From Octopus sinensis (Eukaryota): a stretch of 64,000 nucleotides of DNA. Within the stretch, counting starts at the first letter, position 1. Each line of letters starts with the position of its first letter. The stretch spans positions 10,912,001 to 10,976,000 of the forward strand of contig NC_043013.1 of the NCBI RefSeq assembly GCF_006345805.1. Reading direction: 5' to 3'. Of this stretch, positions 1 through 12,644 are shown piece by piece. The translations under genes and the position numbers were made by a program. The notes under the pieces are model-generated. The model ran no database searches and was not told where the DNA came from. It saw only the letters and a list, made by a program, of their open reading frames with translations.

Positions 1-734
1 GTTATGCATTTTCTCTGTCCATGATTCTGTCGCCTCAATATGATTTATGAGGGTCGGTCGCAGTTGATCATTCTCCTTAAGCCTATACTAAATATATTTG
101 CATTGCTTTTTAAATCTCTGATATAGGTGCAACCGTATGTCGGTGGTACTCTGGGATTTGAACTCAATGTGTACAAGAAAGGAACAGCTACTGCGTGGCA
201 TCCTTTTCTAGATTTAAAGATGTAGAGAAGAAGAAGAAGAAGAAGAAGAAGAAGAAGAAGAAGAAGAAGAAGAAGAAATTTTAATTATGTAATCCACTCA
301 AAGAAAATAAATAGAAATAAAATTGAAACCAGTACCGTTTGGAACTTGAATTCTGTTCGATATGGTAGGGAAGTGAGTATTGATTGATAATTTATTTTAG
401 TTTGTATTAGCTATTATAATCAAGGCATACAGCAACCCCGCGTTCAAAGAGGTATGTGACACGGTAGTGAGAAGGCATAACAGCAGCAACAACAACAATA
501 ACGGTTTCAAATTTAGGCTCAAGGCCAGCATTTTCGAGGTAAACGATAAGCCAATTACATCGAGCTCAGAGTTCAACAGGTAATTATTTTATCGACCTGA
601 GAAAGATTAAATGGGGAATTCGCAAACTGAAACATTGATAACTGTACTAAAAGGTAAAGACTACCTATACCACCTGCATTTCCTTGTACATGTGTGTGCA
701 AATGTGTGTGTAAATGTCTGAACTCAATGTTCTG

Positions 735-771
<37 letters not shown>

Positions 772-824
772 GTTTAAATATTTGTTGTGCAAGATTTTTG
801 ATGTGAAGTCGTGTGTTGAAACAG

Positions 825-1207
825 ATATTGTTATATTTCGGAATGGTCATTTTGCCAGTTTAGCCAATAAAAACACACGCACTATATATTTGGTGTTATT
901 TTGCTTCAGTGTTATTTATTTTTTACATTAATCTTAATCTTATTTCAGCCAGAGTTCTTTCGTCACACTCCTAACCGTCAGCCATTTTGTATTTCAAAAT
1001 GGCTGACGGTTAGTAAGGAGAAACACAAATAAGTAAGAAGAAAACAAAGGACCACTGATGCGGTCACAGGAGTGTGACGAAAGAACTCTGGCCGAAATAA
1101 GATTAAGTTTAATGTAAAAAATAAATAACAATGAAGCAAAATAACACCAAATATATAGTGCGTGTGTTTTTATTGGCTAAAATGGCAATATGACCATTCC
1201 GAAATAA

Positions 1208-1215
<8 letters not shown>
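825..1215. mobile_element. Foldback element between (TA)n tracts carrying a hammerhead-like motif (probable Penelope-like terminal-repeat derivative)
   Basis: Arms ~825-972 and ~1068-1215 are near-perfect reverse complements. There is an inner perfect 19-bp hairpin at 971-1013 and (TA)n at ~738-770 and ~1212-1244. Confidence 0.75.
1050..1093 (+). ncRNA. Minimal hammerhead ribozyme-like motif (variant core)
   Basis: GACCA-CTGATGCG-GTCACA(GGAG)TGTGAC-GAAA-GAAC-TC-TGGCC: stem I, CUGAUG core with A9 replaced by C, 6-bp stem II, GAAA, vestigial stem III, UH site. Confidence 0.6.
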
Positions 1216-1242
<27 letters not shown>

Positions 1243-1246
<4 letters not shown>

Positions 1247-1448
1247 TGGTCCAAAAGTACGGTTACAGTTATTCAACTATATCTTTTGCATTCATATATT
1301 ATGAGCTTGGATCTTAATTATAAAAAATGTGAAACCCTTATTCAATGCTAATTTAGTTAATTTTGTCAAGCTCCCTTTTCAGTTTGTAAGACGGAAATTT
1401 AAACGTAATAAAATGTGCCTACGTAAACCTATTTTGGGGCATCCCTCT
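1243..1448. mobile_element. Degenerate Tc1/mariner-type MITE
   Basis: Imperfect TIRs ggtggtccaaaagtacggttac / gtaaacctattttggggcatcc, with TA-rich flanks. Confidence 0.45.
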
Positions 1449-1480
1449 ATATATTTATAATCAACTATAAATTATACTGT

Positions 1481-1892
1481 GGAGGTGCAATGGCCCAGTG
1501 GTTAGGGCAGCGGACTCGCGGTCGTAGGATCGAGGTCCCGACTCCCACACCGGGAATTGTGTGTGTTTATTGAACGAAAACACCTTAAACTCCACGAGAC
1601 CCGGGCAGGGGGTGGTGGTGAACCCTGCTGTACTCTTTCACACCTTTTTCTCGCTCTTTCTGTTGTACTTGTATTTAGAAAGAGCCAGCCTTGTCACAAG
1701 AGCTGCGACGTCACTAGTGCCAAGCAGTATAAGCCTCTGCTTTTCTCTTGGATAACATCGGTGACGTGTAGAGGGGAGGTTGGTATGCGTGGGCGACTGC
1801 TGGTCTTCTATAAACAACATTTCCCAGACATGTGCCTCGGAGGGTAACTTTCTAGGTGCAATCCCATGCTCCTTCATGACGGAAGGAGGTCA
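1481..1892 (+). mobile_element. tRNA-derived SINE (family C)
   Basis: tRNA-like head with A box TGGCCCAGTGG and a decayed B box. Looser tRNA-like heads occur at ~24455 and ~49540. Confidence 0.65.
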
Positions 1893-1932
1893 CAATATAA
1901 ATTATTTTGCAAACAACATATAAACTCATTAA

Positions 1933-2325
1933 GGCGGCGAGCTGGCAGAAACGTTAGCACGCCGGCCGAAATGCGTAGCCGTATTTCGTCTGCCGCTACG
2001 TTCTGAGTTCAAATTCCGCCGAGGTCGACTTTGATTTCATCCTTTTGGGGTCGATAAATTAAGTACCAGTTACGCACTAAGGTCGATGTAATCGACTTAA
2101 TCTGTTTGTCCTTGTTTGTCCCCTCTGTGTTTAGCCCCTTGTGGGTAGTAAAGAAATAGGTATTTCGTCTGCCGTTACGTTCTGAGTTCAAATTCCGCTG
2201 AGGTCGATTTTGCCTTTCATCCTTTCGGGATCAATAGATTAAGTACCAGTTGCGTACTGGGGTTGATATAATCGACTGGCCCCTCCCCCAAAATTTGGAG
2301 TCTTGTGCCTAGTGTAGAAAAGAAT
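1933..2325 (+). mobile_element. tRNA-derived SINE family B (Meta-domain-like core), dimeric
   Basis: Head GGCGGCGAGCTGGCAGAA, B box GAGTTCAAATTCC, and the core TTTCATCCTTTCGGGGTCGATAAATTAAGTACCAG present twice. Many paralogs in the window. Confidence 0.9.
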
Positions 2326-2844
2326 ACACCCACACGTAGATTCCATTTGAAGGCTAACAGGTACTATTTTATAGAATGTGTAAAGTGGGGGAATATGAGA
2401 AAAGTGAAAGAACCAAGAAAGACGGTGATGTAAAATTGTAATGATAGAGAAGGTAGGCAGTCAATGGTTTATGAGTATTTTGGTTTTTTTACTGAAGTTA
2501 TAGCATCGTAACTGCTTCGCGATAGCATTCCAGTCTTGAAGCGGCAGTTCGACTGGTGCGCGCTAAATGTTACTATATTCGAGTCCATATTTCTGTATAT
2601 AAGCCTCGATATGTGTGTGTGTGTGTGTGTTTATATTTAATTTGAACATAAAATAAGTGTTATGTGAGTGCGGTCAGGATTTTGGTATGTTCACAAGCGA
2701 AAAGAATACCTACAGCGAACGTAAGAGTAACAGAACAGGCATAAAATTTTCGTAATACCATTCTTTGGATATCTAAGTTACGGTATTAGCGAATATAGCG
2801 GGTTAGTAGCATCGGTTAGCGACGTACTGAAGGCCCTGCGGTCT

Positions 2845-2912
2845 CTCTTTTCCTCTTTTACACTTTTACTTGTTTCAGTCATTTGACTGCGGCCATGCTG
2901 GAGCACCGCCTT
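2845..2912 (-). mobile_element. 3' tail of SINE family A
   Basis: Reverse complement of GGCGGTGCTCCAGCATGGCCGCAGTCAAATGACTGAAACAAGTAAAAG, matching the tail of the copy at 9007-9431. Confidence 0.85.
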
Positions 2913-2926
2913 TATAACAATGTGCT

Positions 2927-3046
2927 ATGCTTACTGCACCTAGGTTTCCCAAGCGGTCACCCATCTAAGTACTGACTAGCCTCGACGTTGCTTAACTTCG
3001 GTGATCAGACGAGAACGGGTGCTTTCAACGTGATATGGCCGTAAGT
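2927..3046 (-). rRNA. 5S rRNA: Full-length orphan 5S rRNA copy (probably a retrocopy or pseudogene)
   Basis: Minus strand reads ACTTACGGCCATATCACGTTGAAAGCACCCGTTCTCGTCTGATCACCGAAGTTAAGCAACGTCGAGGCTAGTCAGTACTTAGATGGGTGACCGCTTGGGAAACCTAGGTGCAGTAAGCAT (~120 nt). Boxes A and C are present, it is a single copy, and there is no oligo-T terminator. Confidence 0.93.
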
Positions 3047-3439
3047 CTCTTAATTTTTTTTTTCTTTTCAATGCTTAGGTTCAGGATTCGAGTTCAGATT
3101 TCATTTGTCCCTTAGTATATAAACTAGATGGACAAAGTGATATCTCTCTGCGTATAGGAAATCTTTTTATTTTCTGTCGAAAATCTCTTGTCACTAGAAC
3201 AATACTGGATCATTTTCTCGGTGAATTTATTATGTCAATTTTCAAACCGAGAAAACGTCACATGCAGATGATATATTGCCCAATCTCTTTGCTCATACAA
3301 TTATATAAAATATGAGACAGGGAGAACTTTTCAAAATTCCATCTAGCACTGGATTTTCGTGAAAGCGATTTCTTAAAGCCTATTTCACAACTTTGAATCG
3401 TATTGAGATTGATGTTTAAAATGACTGGCATATTCTTTG

Positions 3440-4062
3440 TTATTGGTTTAAAATTTTGGTTCAAGGTGAGCAATTTCAAGAGAGGTGTAAATCGATTACA
3501 TTGGCTCCAGTACTTGATTGGTACTTATTTTCTCGACCCAGAATCTTTGAAAGGTAAAGTCGATCTTGACAGAACACGAACCCAGAACGCAAAAACGGAC
3601 GGCATGCTGCTAAGGATTTTGCCGGGTGGATAACGATTCTATCAGCTCATCTTCCCACAACTTGATATTGGTTTCAAATTTTGCCACAACGTCTGCAAGT
3701 TCGGGGTAGGGGGTAAGTCGATTAAATCAACCAGTATTTATTTCATAGACTGCGAAATGTTGAAATGTAAGATAAACCTTGCACTCGGAACGTAAAAATG
3801 AACGAAATGCCGCCAAGTAATTTGCCTAGCACGGTACACAATTCTTATTTTATTATTGGCCACTAGGGGCTAAACATAGAGGGGACAAACAAGGACAGAC
3901 AAAGGAATTAAGTCGATTACATCGACCCCAGTGCGTAACTGGTACTTAATTTATCGACCCTAAAAAGGACCCTCGGTGGAACTTGAACTCAGAACGTAGC
4001 GGCAGACGAAATACCGCTAAGCGTTTCGCCCAGCATGCTAACGATTCTGCCAGCTCACCGCC
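3440..4062 (-). mobile_element. Cluster of family B SINE copies (best preserved 3845-4062, older copies to its left)
   Basis: Reverse-complement matches to the family B head, core and tail. Confidence 0.8.
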
Positions 4063-4729
4063 TTTACACAATTCTGCCAGCACGCCATCTTCACCTATAA
4101 CTATATTTTAAAGAGGATTCCCATATTGTCAACCATAGCATAATTTAAAACAAAATATCTAACATTATATACCGTAGAAAATTATGGATTAAATTAAGTA
4201 GTTCCTCGTAAGCATAACCAATCATTTTAACCGATTGACCCTACGGTAAATTAGTAACAATCATTAGTGGTGCCTCTAAAGGACGTATGGAAATCAGTTC
4301 CTTCCATGCTGCACACAGGGCAAATGTCAACAGGTAGGTAACCATCTCGCAGATGAATCTCAGCCTCAAGGAAGTCCTTAATCTAGTCAACACCGTCTTA
4401 TTCAATGCAGTGTCATCAACTCAAAAGCATGCACATACATGTATACATACTTACAAACACACTCACATGTATGTATACACACACACACACGAAGGAATTC
4501 CAACTTCTCCCATCTAATTAACTCACAAGGAATTCTACGAGTGTAGAAGGCACTTGGCTAAGATGCCGTGCAGCGGAACCGAATCCGCAAACACGAGACT
4601 GCCAAGTGACTTTGTGTTCATAATCCTTCGGGAAATCTGGTTTCTATTTAATGCGCACCGGACGACTACTTAAGGACTCGGTCATTGGCACGAATATTAT
4701 TTGGTTCATTATATTAGAAAATTGACAAA

Positions 4730-4755
4730 ATAATAATAATAATATAATAATAATA

Positions 4756-4787
<32 letters not shown>

Positions 4788-4881
4788 TAATAATAATAAT
4801 GATAATAATAATGATGATAATAATAATAATGATAATAATAATAATAATAACAACAATAATAATAATAATAATAATAATAAT
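4730..4881. repeat. (AAT)n microsatellite
   Basis: Direct reading. Confidence 0.95.
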
Positions 4882-5250
4882 GAAATGATTTGTAATGAAT
4901 TGTACTAAATTGGAGAGATTTATGTGTCTACTAAATTGTTTGTCCTGCAAAATCTTTTTGTTTTTCTTTTGTTTTCGCCTATATTGTGTAAAGAGATCGA
5001 TATCTGCTAGACATTACATTATTTTCTTTAATAGGTCTGGATTTTGGGTGTTTTATGAGCGTTGAATTTTGATGTAAAAATCTTAAATGTGAATTTATAT
5101 ACGTATATATACATACACTCATATGCACATATTTATATCTACAGCTACATCTATATATATATATATATACACATAAAGCTACACATGTATATACAAATGT
5201 TTATACATAGTCACAGACACACATGCATATATATATGTGTATATATACAG

Positions 5251-5282
<32 letters not shown>

Positions 5283-5832
5283 AGAGAGTTTCACAAACAA
5301 TAACATAATTTGTGGCTACTGAAGAAGAAACAAAGCTCAATAGATGTGCAGATGATAGATCTTCATTGAGAAATACTTTACTAATACCTCACCATACTTC
5401 ACTGAACAATTCTGCCTTTGCTGACATTCCGAAGATTTCAGACAAGCGTAATACTGGTCTGTCAAAAAGCGCACCAATTTATCTTCAAAAACCTAATGTA
5501 ACATATTACATAGGATTCCAGTTCAAACATGGTGTTACTCTACCTTTCAGTAATTCATTATTCATTCCACAAAAGTATATTAATGCCTTTATAATATACA
5601 CTCACAGTTCAAGCACCCTAGATAAATTCCAAGAACTTAGTCAAAAACGTTTCGCGTAGAATCTCACACCTATGAGCTGATGAACAAAATTTCATGGATA
5701 TCATACAATAATATCGCCCTTCTCGGAGTAGCTATAAGTTCACGCTTATACCGGAATACTAAAATAAAGCAGACGTAGGAGCAGTTTCTATCATACCGCT
5801 TCCAGCGTAGTATATATATATATATATATATA

Positions 5833-5976
5833 GGCGCAGGAGTGGCTGTAAGGTAAGAAGCTTGCTTCCAAACCACTCGGTTCCACTGCATGGCACCTTG
5901 TGCAAGTGTCTAACGTCAGGCGAACAAAAGCCTTGTGAATAGATTTGATAGGCGGAAAGTGAAAGAAGCCCATCGT
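5833..5976 (+). mobile_element. SINE family A, 5' portion
   Basis: GGCGCAGGAGTGGCTG head followed by the CACCTTGTGCAAGTGTC core. Confidence 0.8.
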
Positions 5977-7396
5977 GTATATATATATATATATTTATAC
6001 ATACACATAGCCCGACAAGTAAATTGCCCATGGTCAATTGTTGCTTGCCTGGACTCCGTCCTCCCGTTGTTGATATCAGATTTATGCATTTGATCGGACA
6101 GAGCACTTATCTGTGTGTGTTTAGTAAACGCATTTTGACTAATTCTTACTCATATATATATATGTATGTGTGCAACACACATTTATACTTTTACTCACCC
6201 TGTTTTGTGAGTGCCGTGAGAAAGGAAACGAAGCGACTAAGGGATCGAACCTCGGCAGCAAATAAAGGAGTGGATACACTAACCTGTCCAGGTACCACTT
6301 TTCGTAACCCTCAGATAATTCATGTGTACGTGGAGCTCTCCAGCAATTTAAGGCAAATCTATTTAATGAATGTCACGCCAATTCAGAAACCTACACCGCA
6401 ATTTTAGTCAGCTTGACCACTGTGTGGCTAAGCCTACAGCGTGGAATCAGATGACGTGGATTGACACTTACATTAAGACAATTAAGTGTAGGCCGGACGA
6501 AAATATCTACAGCATCAAGTATCGTTTTACATAAATAATGAGGGTGAACCTCTCTTCCTCATGATCTCTTGTCTCAAAGAAACTACCATCATATGCATAT
6601 ATGCGTAATACTATGTGTTGTTAATCAATAAAATTTAGGGAAAACAACACATATTACAAGGTGTATTGGCACCGTAAGATTTATTAATTATGTTAGTGGT
6701 CACTGCAACTTCAAGTTTCCTCTCGGCGGTTTCTTCAGGAAGTGAATTTGTTTACACGATGTTTGACTTCCGTGTATGCAAAATAGTTTTTTTATATGAA
6801 TAAATGGTTTGCAATTCCGCATAATACGTAGTCATTGATTGAAAATGGCAAAATATGGAAGTGATGATCCAGCATTGCCACAACTGTGAAGGTATATGAA
6901 AAATATAAATACAAACTAAAACATATCCGTATATTACATACGAATTGGAAAATTCGCACGTAGATACGAACGTTAAGTACACAGTCATATATATATATAT
7001 ATTATATAATATTATATATATATATGTATGTATGTATATATATATATATATATAGATATATATATATATATATAATATATATATATATATACATATATAC
7101 ATACATATATATATATAATATTATATATATATATATACACGCAGATACATACGTAGATATATATGCAAAGATATGCTATTCATATGCATACACATATTAC
7201 GTAATGGTCACAGACCATTTAAAGGAACCGGACACATGATTTTCAGTGATATCGATATAATGAATAATTGAATCGTATCCATGTGTAACAGATAAGCACA
7301 TAGAAAATAAAACGTACACCCAAACACATTCGACACCACACAGATACACGCATACACTAATATATATCTATCTATCTATCTATCTATCTATATCTA

Positions 7397-7463
<67 letters not shown>

Positions 7464-7485
7464 GTCTCTGTCTCTGTCGCTCTCG

Positions 7486-7542
<57 letters not shown>

Positions 7543-8038
7543 TAGGAATAAGATAATACAGAATAGAATATAAGGGAAAAGTATAATATTACCAAATATT
7601 TCGAGCTCAGTAACCTGGAAACGTAATGCCATTGTTGACTGGTTACATGATTCAATTGTCTGTTGATCTATTTATTATTAAACTCAACTACAGAGCACAA
7701 TAAAATAGATTAAAATATTACATATCATAACCAAGAATCCAACAACGATCCTTACATTCTTCTGTTGAAAAGAATTATTTACAGCTAAAAGTCATAAATG
7801 GTGCCCCAACTTCTAGTTCGGTCTGCACGTTGAATGCTAGAAATTTGGTCTAATGTAATTATGCAACCCAACAACACATAGGGTATATCGTTAAACTCAC
7901 AGATTCACACACATGTATATATGCATATGTGTGTATACATAGATGGATAAGTACATATATAATAATGTACATATATACGTGTCTATTTATACATATATAT
8001 ATATATAATATATATTATATATATATATATATAGATAT

Positions 8039-8070
<32 letters not shown>

Positions 8071-8241
8071 ATATATATATATATACACATACATATATAC
8101 ACATATATATGTATGTATATATATATACATGTACGTATAAATACACACATATACATATACACACACACACACACATATAATACTTAACGTGAACGGCCTC
8201 TTAAATGCTGCTGTGCCTTGAGTCTTAAAAAATTCTTATAA

Positions 8242-8281
<40 letters not shown>

Positions 8282-9006
8282 TACCGGAGATGAAATCCCG
8301 CCATGCACGCCTCTAGGTTCGGGATTAATGTACTGTGAAATCCTATAACCTATTCAATTGGTTTATACCCAACTTAGAAACCACTCCGTCTTCTGTCTAA
8401 ATTAGAAACAAATCATTCATTTATTCTTATAGATAATTCTTTCTGATAATGGCGAAACGCCTACACATTTTGTAGTTGAGATGGTCAGTTTTGGACATCA
8501 GCACCGGTGCTAGACAGCGAAAGGATGAAAACCCGCCAATCATTTCATCCAGCCCAGTAAGTATTATGCTGGTTTGCCACCTTATTTTCATAACGATCTC
8601 TATTACGAATTGTCAAATAATTTTAATGATTTTATTGGAATAGACTCAGCAATTAGCAGACAAAACGTCCTCAGACGTTGGCCTTTGGTGATGATCTTAA
8701 TAAGAATCTTTCGCAGGAAATGTTTGTAATAATTCAGAAAATTAAAAAAAAATTGGTATTTTGAAATAATCTCCCCATTTCACTCGGAGTGGGTTTCGGA
8801 TGAAATTGCCATTAGGAATTGCTTTAGCTTCTCTCAAACGAAGATAATTCCAATAAACGAAGAATATTTTTGTCTGAAATTTCCTGATGCTTCTCATCAA
8901 ATTTGATGTCCAAACTCATTCTATCGATCACGCTGTCATTCAAAAACACACGATATCTGTTGCGCACGCAGTCCTGTATGTCTCTTTCGAAATATAAGGC
9001 ATTGTA

Positions 9007-9178
9007 GGCGCAGGAGTGGCTGTGTGGTAATTAGCTTGCTAACCAACCACATGGTTCCGCGTACAGTCCCACTACATGGCATCTTGGGCAAGTGTCTTCT
9101 GCTATAGCCTCGGGCCGACCAAAGCCTTGTGAGTGGATTTTGGTAGACGGAAACTGAAAGAAGCCTGTCGTATATATG

Positions 9179-9209
<31 letters not shown>

Positions 9210-9431
9210 ATATGTTTTTGTGTCTGTGTTTGTCCCTCTAGCATTGCTTGACAGCCGATGCTGGTGTGTTTACGTCCCCGTCACTTAGCGGTTCGGCAAA
9301 AGAGACCGATAGGATAAGTACTGGGCTTACAAAGAATAGGTCCCGGGGTCGATTTGCTCGACTAAAGGCGGTGCTCCAGCATGGCCGCAGTCAAATGACT
9401 GGAACAAGTAAAAGAGTAAAGAGTAAAAGAG
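9007..9431 (+). mobile_element. Full-length tRNA-derived SINE family A (CORE-like, Octopus OK/OR-type)
   Basis: A box TGGCTGTGTGG, CORE-like CTTGGGCAAGTGTCTT, an internal TA/TG microsatellite and a (GTAAAAGA)n tail. More than 10 paralogs in the window. Confidence 0.92.
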
Positions 9432-9511
9432 TACTACATGCTCAGAATCGAATCGAAATACACCTACGTAAATACACTCAAACAAAAGCCACATATCAAT
9501 AGTTCTGTCAA

Positions 9512-9920
9512 AGGTGGCGACCTAGCACAGGCACAAAGCTTCGCTCCATTTCGTCCGGCTTTCCACTCTGAGTTCAAATTCTGCCAAGGTCGAATTGCCT
9601 TTCGGGGCGAATTAAATAAGAAGCAGTTGAACATGGGAAGCAATGTAACCGGCTCAATCCCTTGCTCCAAATCACTGATCTTCCATCAAAATTTAAAACC
9701 AATAATAGTTATTTCTAAATTTTGGTGCAAGACCAGCAATTCTGGGGCGAGGTGAAAATCGATTACATCAACCCCAGGGTTTAAATAATATTTGTTTTAT
9801 CGACCATGATGGGCGAAAGGTAAAGTCGATCTTGGTGGCATTAAAATTCAGGATGTAAAACCAGAAGAAATGCAATTAATAATTTTGTTAGGCATGCTAA
9901 CAACTCTGGCAGCTCGCCAC
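9512..9920. mobile_element. Two degenerate family B SINEs in opposite orientation
   Basis: A head on + at ~9512 and a head on - at ~9920, each with core remnants. Confidence 0.6.
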
Positions 9921-10414
9921 TCATTTCAAACCATTATAATGACCATCACCAATGAAATCATACAAAGGTCACTGAATTGACAGTCTGTCGTACTATCAAC
10001 AGTTTAGGCCAGCGATGGCGATCATCTGGCGCACGTCTGCAATGAGACGCCGCATTCTTCCACGATGTACTTTGCAAAACAATATGTTTCTGCATCCTAT
10101 TATACAGAAATCCTGTGACAAGTATTTCTCTAAAAACGAAACTCATTGCATCCGTGTAATTCTGTAATAGGTTAATTACTGAGGAATTTAAAACTTCAAC
10201 ACATCTCACTACAAATTTTGCCGCTATGTTATTTTTGTCAATGTATAACTTTCATTAAAATGTAACGAATTCAATAATCTCGGATACAAAATATAGAATA
10301 TTTGCTTAAACGATCTAAAGTTTTGATTTGCAGCTCAAAATTAATTTAATTACCAGATATATATATTCGTTGATTCTTACCTACCACCAGAAGAAAATAT
10401 ATATTTGGATATTA

Positions 10415-10900
10415 CACACACGCACACATTGCTGATCTCAAAAGAATTTATAAACTTTTAAGAGAACTTGAAATCATTCTTTCTTATTTGGGAACAATGT
10501 TGAAGCCTCTAAAGCTATAAACAATAGTTTTGGGTTCTAGTCTCACGGGCAGATTTCAACTTTTTCTATCGAAAAACGGTTTCCAAATATACATGGTATT
10601 ATTTGTAACCTTATGTGTTTCGAGACTTACTCTTTCCCAAATGAATTATACGTACACACACACACACATTGCTGATCTCAAAAGAATTTATAAACGTTTA
10701 AGAGAACTTGAAATCATTCTTTCTAATTTGGGAACAATCTTGAAGTATCTAAAACTATAAACAATAGTTTTGGGTTCTAGTCTCACGGGCAGATTTCAAC
10801 TTTTTCTATCGAAAAAGGGTTTCCAAATATATACATGGTATTATTTGTAACCTTTTGTGTTTCGAGACTTACTCTTTCCCAAATGAATAATACGTACACA
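10415..10900. repeat. Direct tandem duplication, ~240-bp unit bounded by (CA)n
   Basis: cacattgctgatctcaaaagaattt...cccaaatgaa(t/a)tacgtac occurs twice in tandem with few substitutions. Confidence 0.9.
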
Positions 10901-11289
10901 CACACATACACACATACATACATTCATACATACCAACACATACACACATATACATACACTCATACATACATACATTCATACAAGGGTACATAATCACATA
11001 CACACACATATACTTATAAAAAATATATTTAAATATGTGATAAAAAAATTTCTCTAGTATTGCTCCTATGCAACTTTCAGTTCTAACAGTTCCAAAAAGC
11101 AATCGCCACCTAACTCCGGCATGGATTCAGGGTCGCTAGATCTACAATGTAATGATTATTAACATAGTTACTTTGGCTGTCTCCTAAGGGCTCCTGAAAT
11201 TCTATCAACGCATATTCATTGTCGTAAAAAAAAATTGTTAATAGTTTGCCCATATACACATTTATAAATCAGAAAATAGCCTTCCTCCT

Positions 11290-11657
11290 ATAGGCACAAG
11301 GCTGACATTTGGAGGTGGGAATAAATCGATTACATCGGCCACAGTCCGAAAGGATGAAAGGCAATCTAAACCTTGAAGGAATTTGAACTCAGACGGTAAG
11401 GACAGAATAAATGCCGCCAAGCATTTTTCTCGGCACGCCAACGATTCTGCCAGCTCAACGCCTTTATATATGAAAATATATTTAATAAGGAATTCAGAAA
11501 AAATGAAAAAAAAATTAACAGATCACCGCTCAATATTTAATTTCAGGGTCGATAAATAAGGTACCAGTTTCACACTGGGGTCGATGTAATCGACTTAATC
11601 CCTTTGTCTGCCCTTGTTTGTCCCCTCTATGTTCAGCCACTTGTGGGCAATAAAGAA

Positions 11658-11660
<3 letters not shown>
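11290..11660. mobile_element. Family B SINE fragments (minus 11290-11465, plus 11535-11660)
   Basis: Matches to the family B head, core and tail. Confidence 0.7.
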
Positions 11661-11694
<34 letters not shown>

Positions 11695-11912
11695 AGTGTG
11701 TGTGTGCGCGTGTGTGTGTGTGCGTGTGTGTGTGTGAGTGTGTGAGTGTATGTGTGTGTGTCTGACTATACATATTTTATACACATATACACGTATATAT
11801 GGGAAATCTGCCAACAGAAATGATATACATGTGCATATTTTTATATGCATATAAGCATACAATCAGGGCATATTTACTCAACCAGATACACACACTCGGA
11901 AACACACCAATG

Positions 11913-12080
11913 TACATACATACATACATACATACATACATACATACATGCATACATACATACATACATACATACATGCATACATACATACATACATACA
12001 TACATACATACATACATACATGCATACATACATACATACATACATACATACATACATACATACATACATAACTACATACA
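11913..12080. repeat. (TACA)n microsatellite
   Basis: Direct reading. Confidence 0.95.
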
Positions 12081-12154
12081 CACGAAACCGGCATTTCTGT
12101 TTTGGCAAGAAATTTTCGAATAAAACTGAACAACATCATACATATATACATATA

Positions 12155-12572
12155 GGTCTAGAAGTGGCAGTGTAGTAAGTAGCTTGCTTGCCAACCACAT
12201 GGTTCCGGGTTCAGTCCCACAGCGTGGCACCTTGGGCAAGTGTCATGTACTATAGCCTCGGGCCGACCAAATCCTTATGAGTAGATTTGGCAGACGGATA
12301 CTGAAAGAAGGTCATCGTATATATGTATATATATATATGTATGTGTGTGTATATATTTGTGTGTCTGTATTTGTCCCTCTACTTTCAACATCGCGTGACA
12401 ACTGATACTGGTGTGTTTATGTCCCCGTTACTTAGCGGTTCGGCAAGAGTGATCGATAGAATAAGTACTAAGCTCGCAAAGAATAAGTACCGGGGTCGAT
12501 TTGCTCGATTGAAGGCGGTGCTCCAGCATGGCCGCAGTCAAATGATTGAAACAAGTAAAAAGAGTAAAAGAG
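12155..12572 (+). mobile_element. Full-length SINE family A
   Basis: Colinear with 9007-9431. Confidence 0.9.
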
Positions 12573-12644
12573 TATATACATACATATAACATGCATATAT
12601 ACATACATACGTATGAACGTACGCATGTATGTATGTCTCTTTCT

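Noticed and set aside
5318-5337. CTGAAGAAGAAAC as a hammerhead core
   Set aside because: No stem II and no UH site.
5312-5659. 115-aa ORF in non-repetitive sequence
   Set aside because: Non-ATG start and no recognisable motif; within chance expectation.
8560-8990. Possible mariner relic on the minus strand
   Set aside because: Too degenerate to support by eye.
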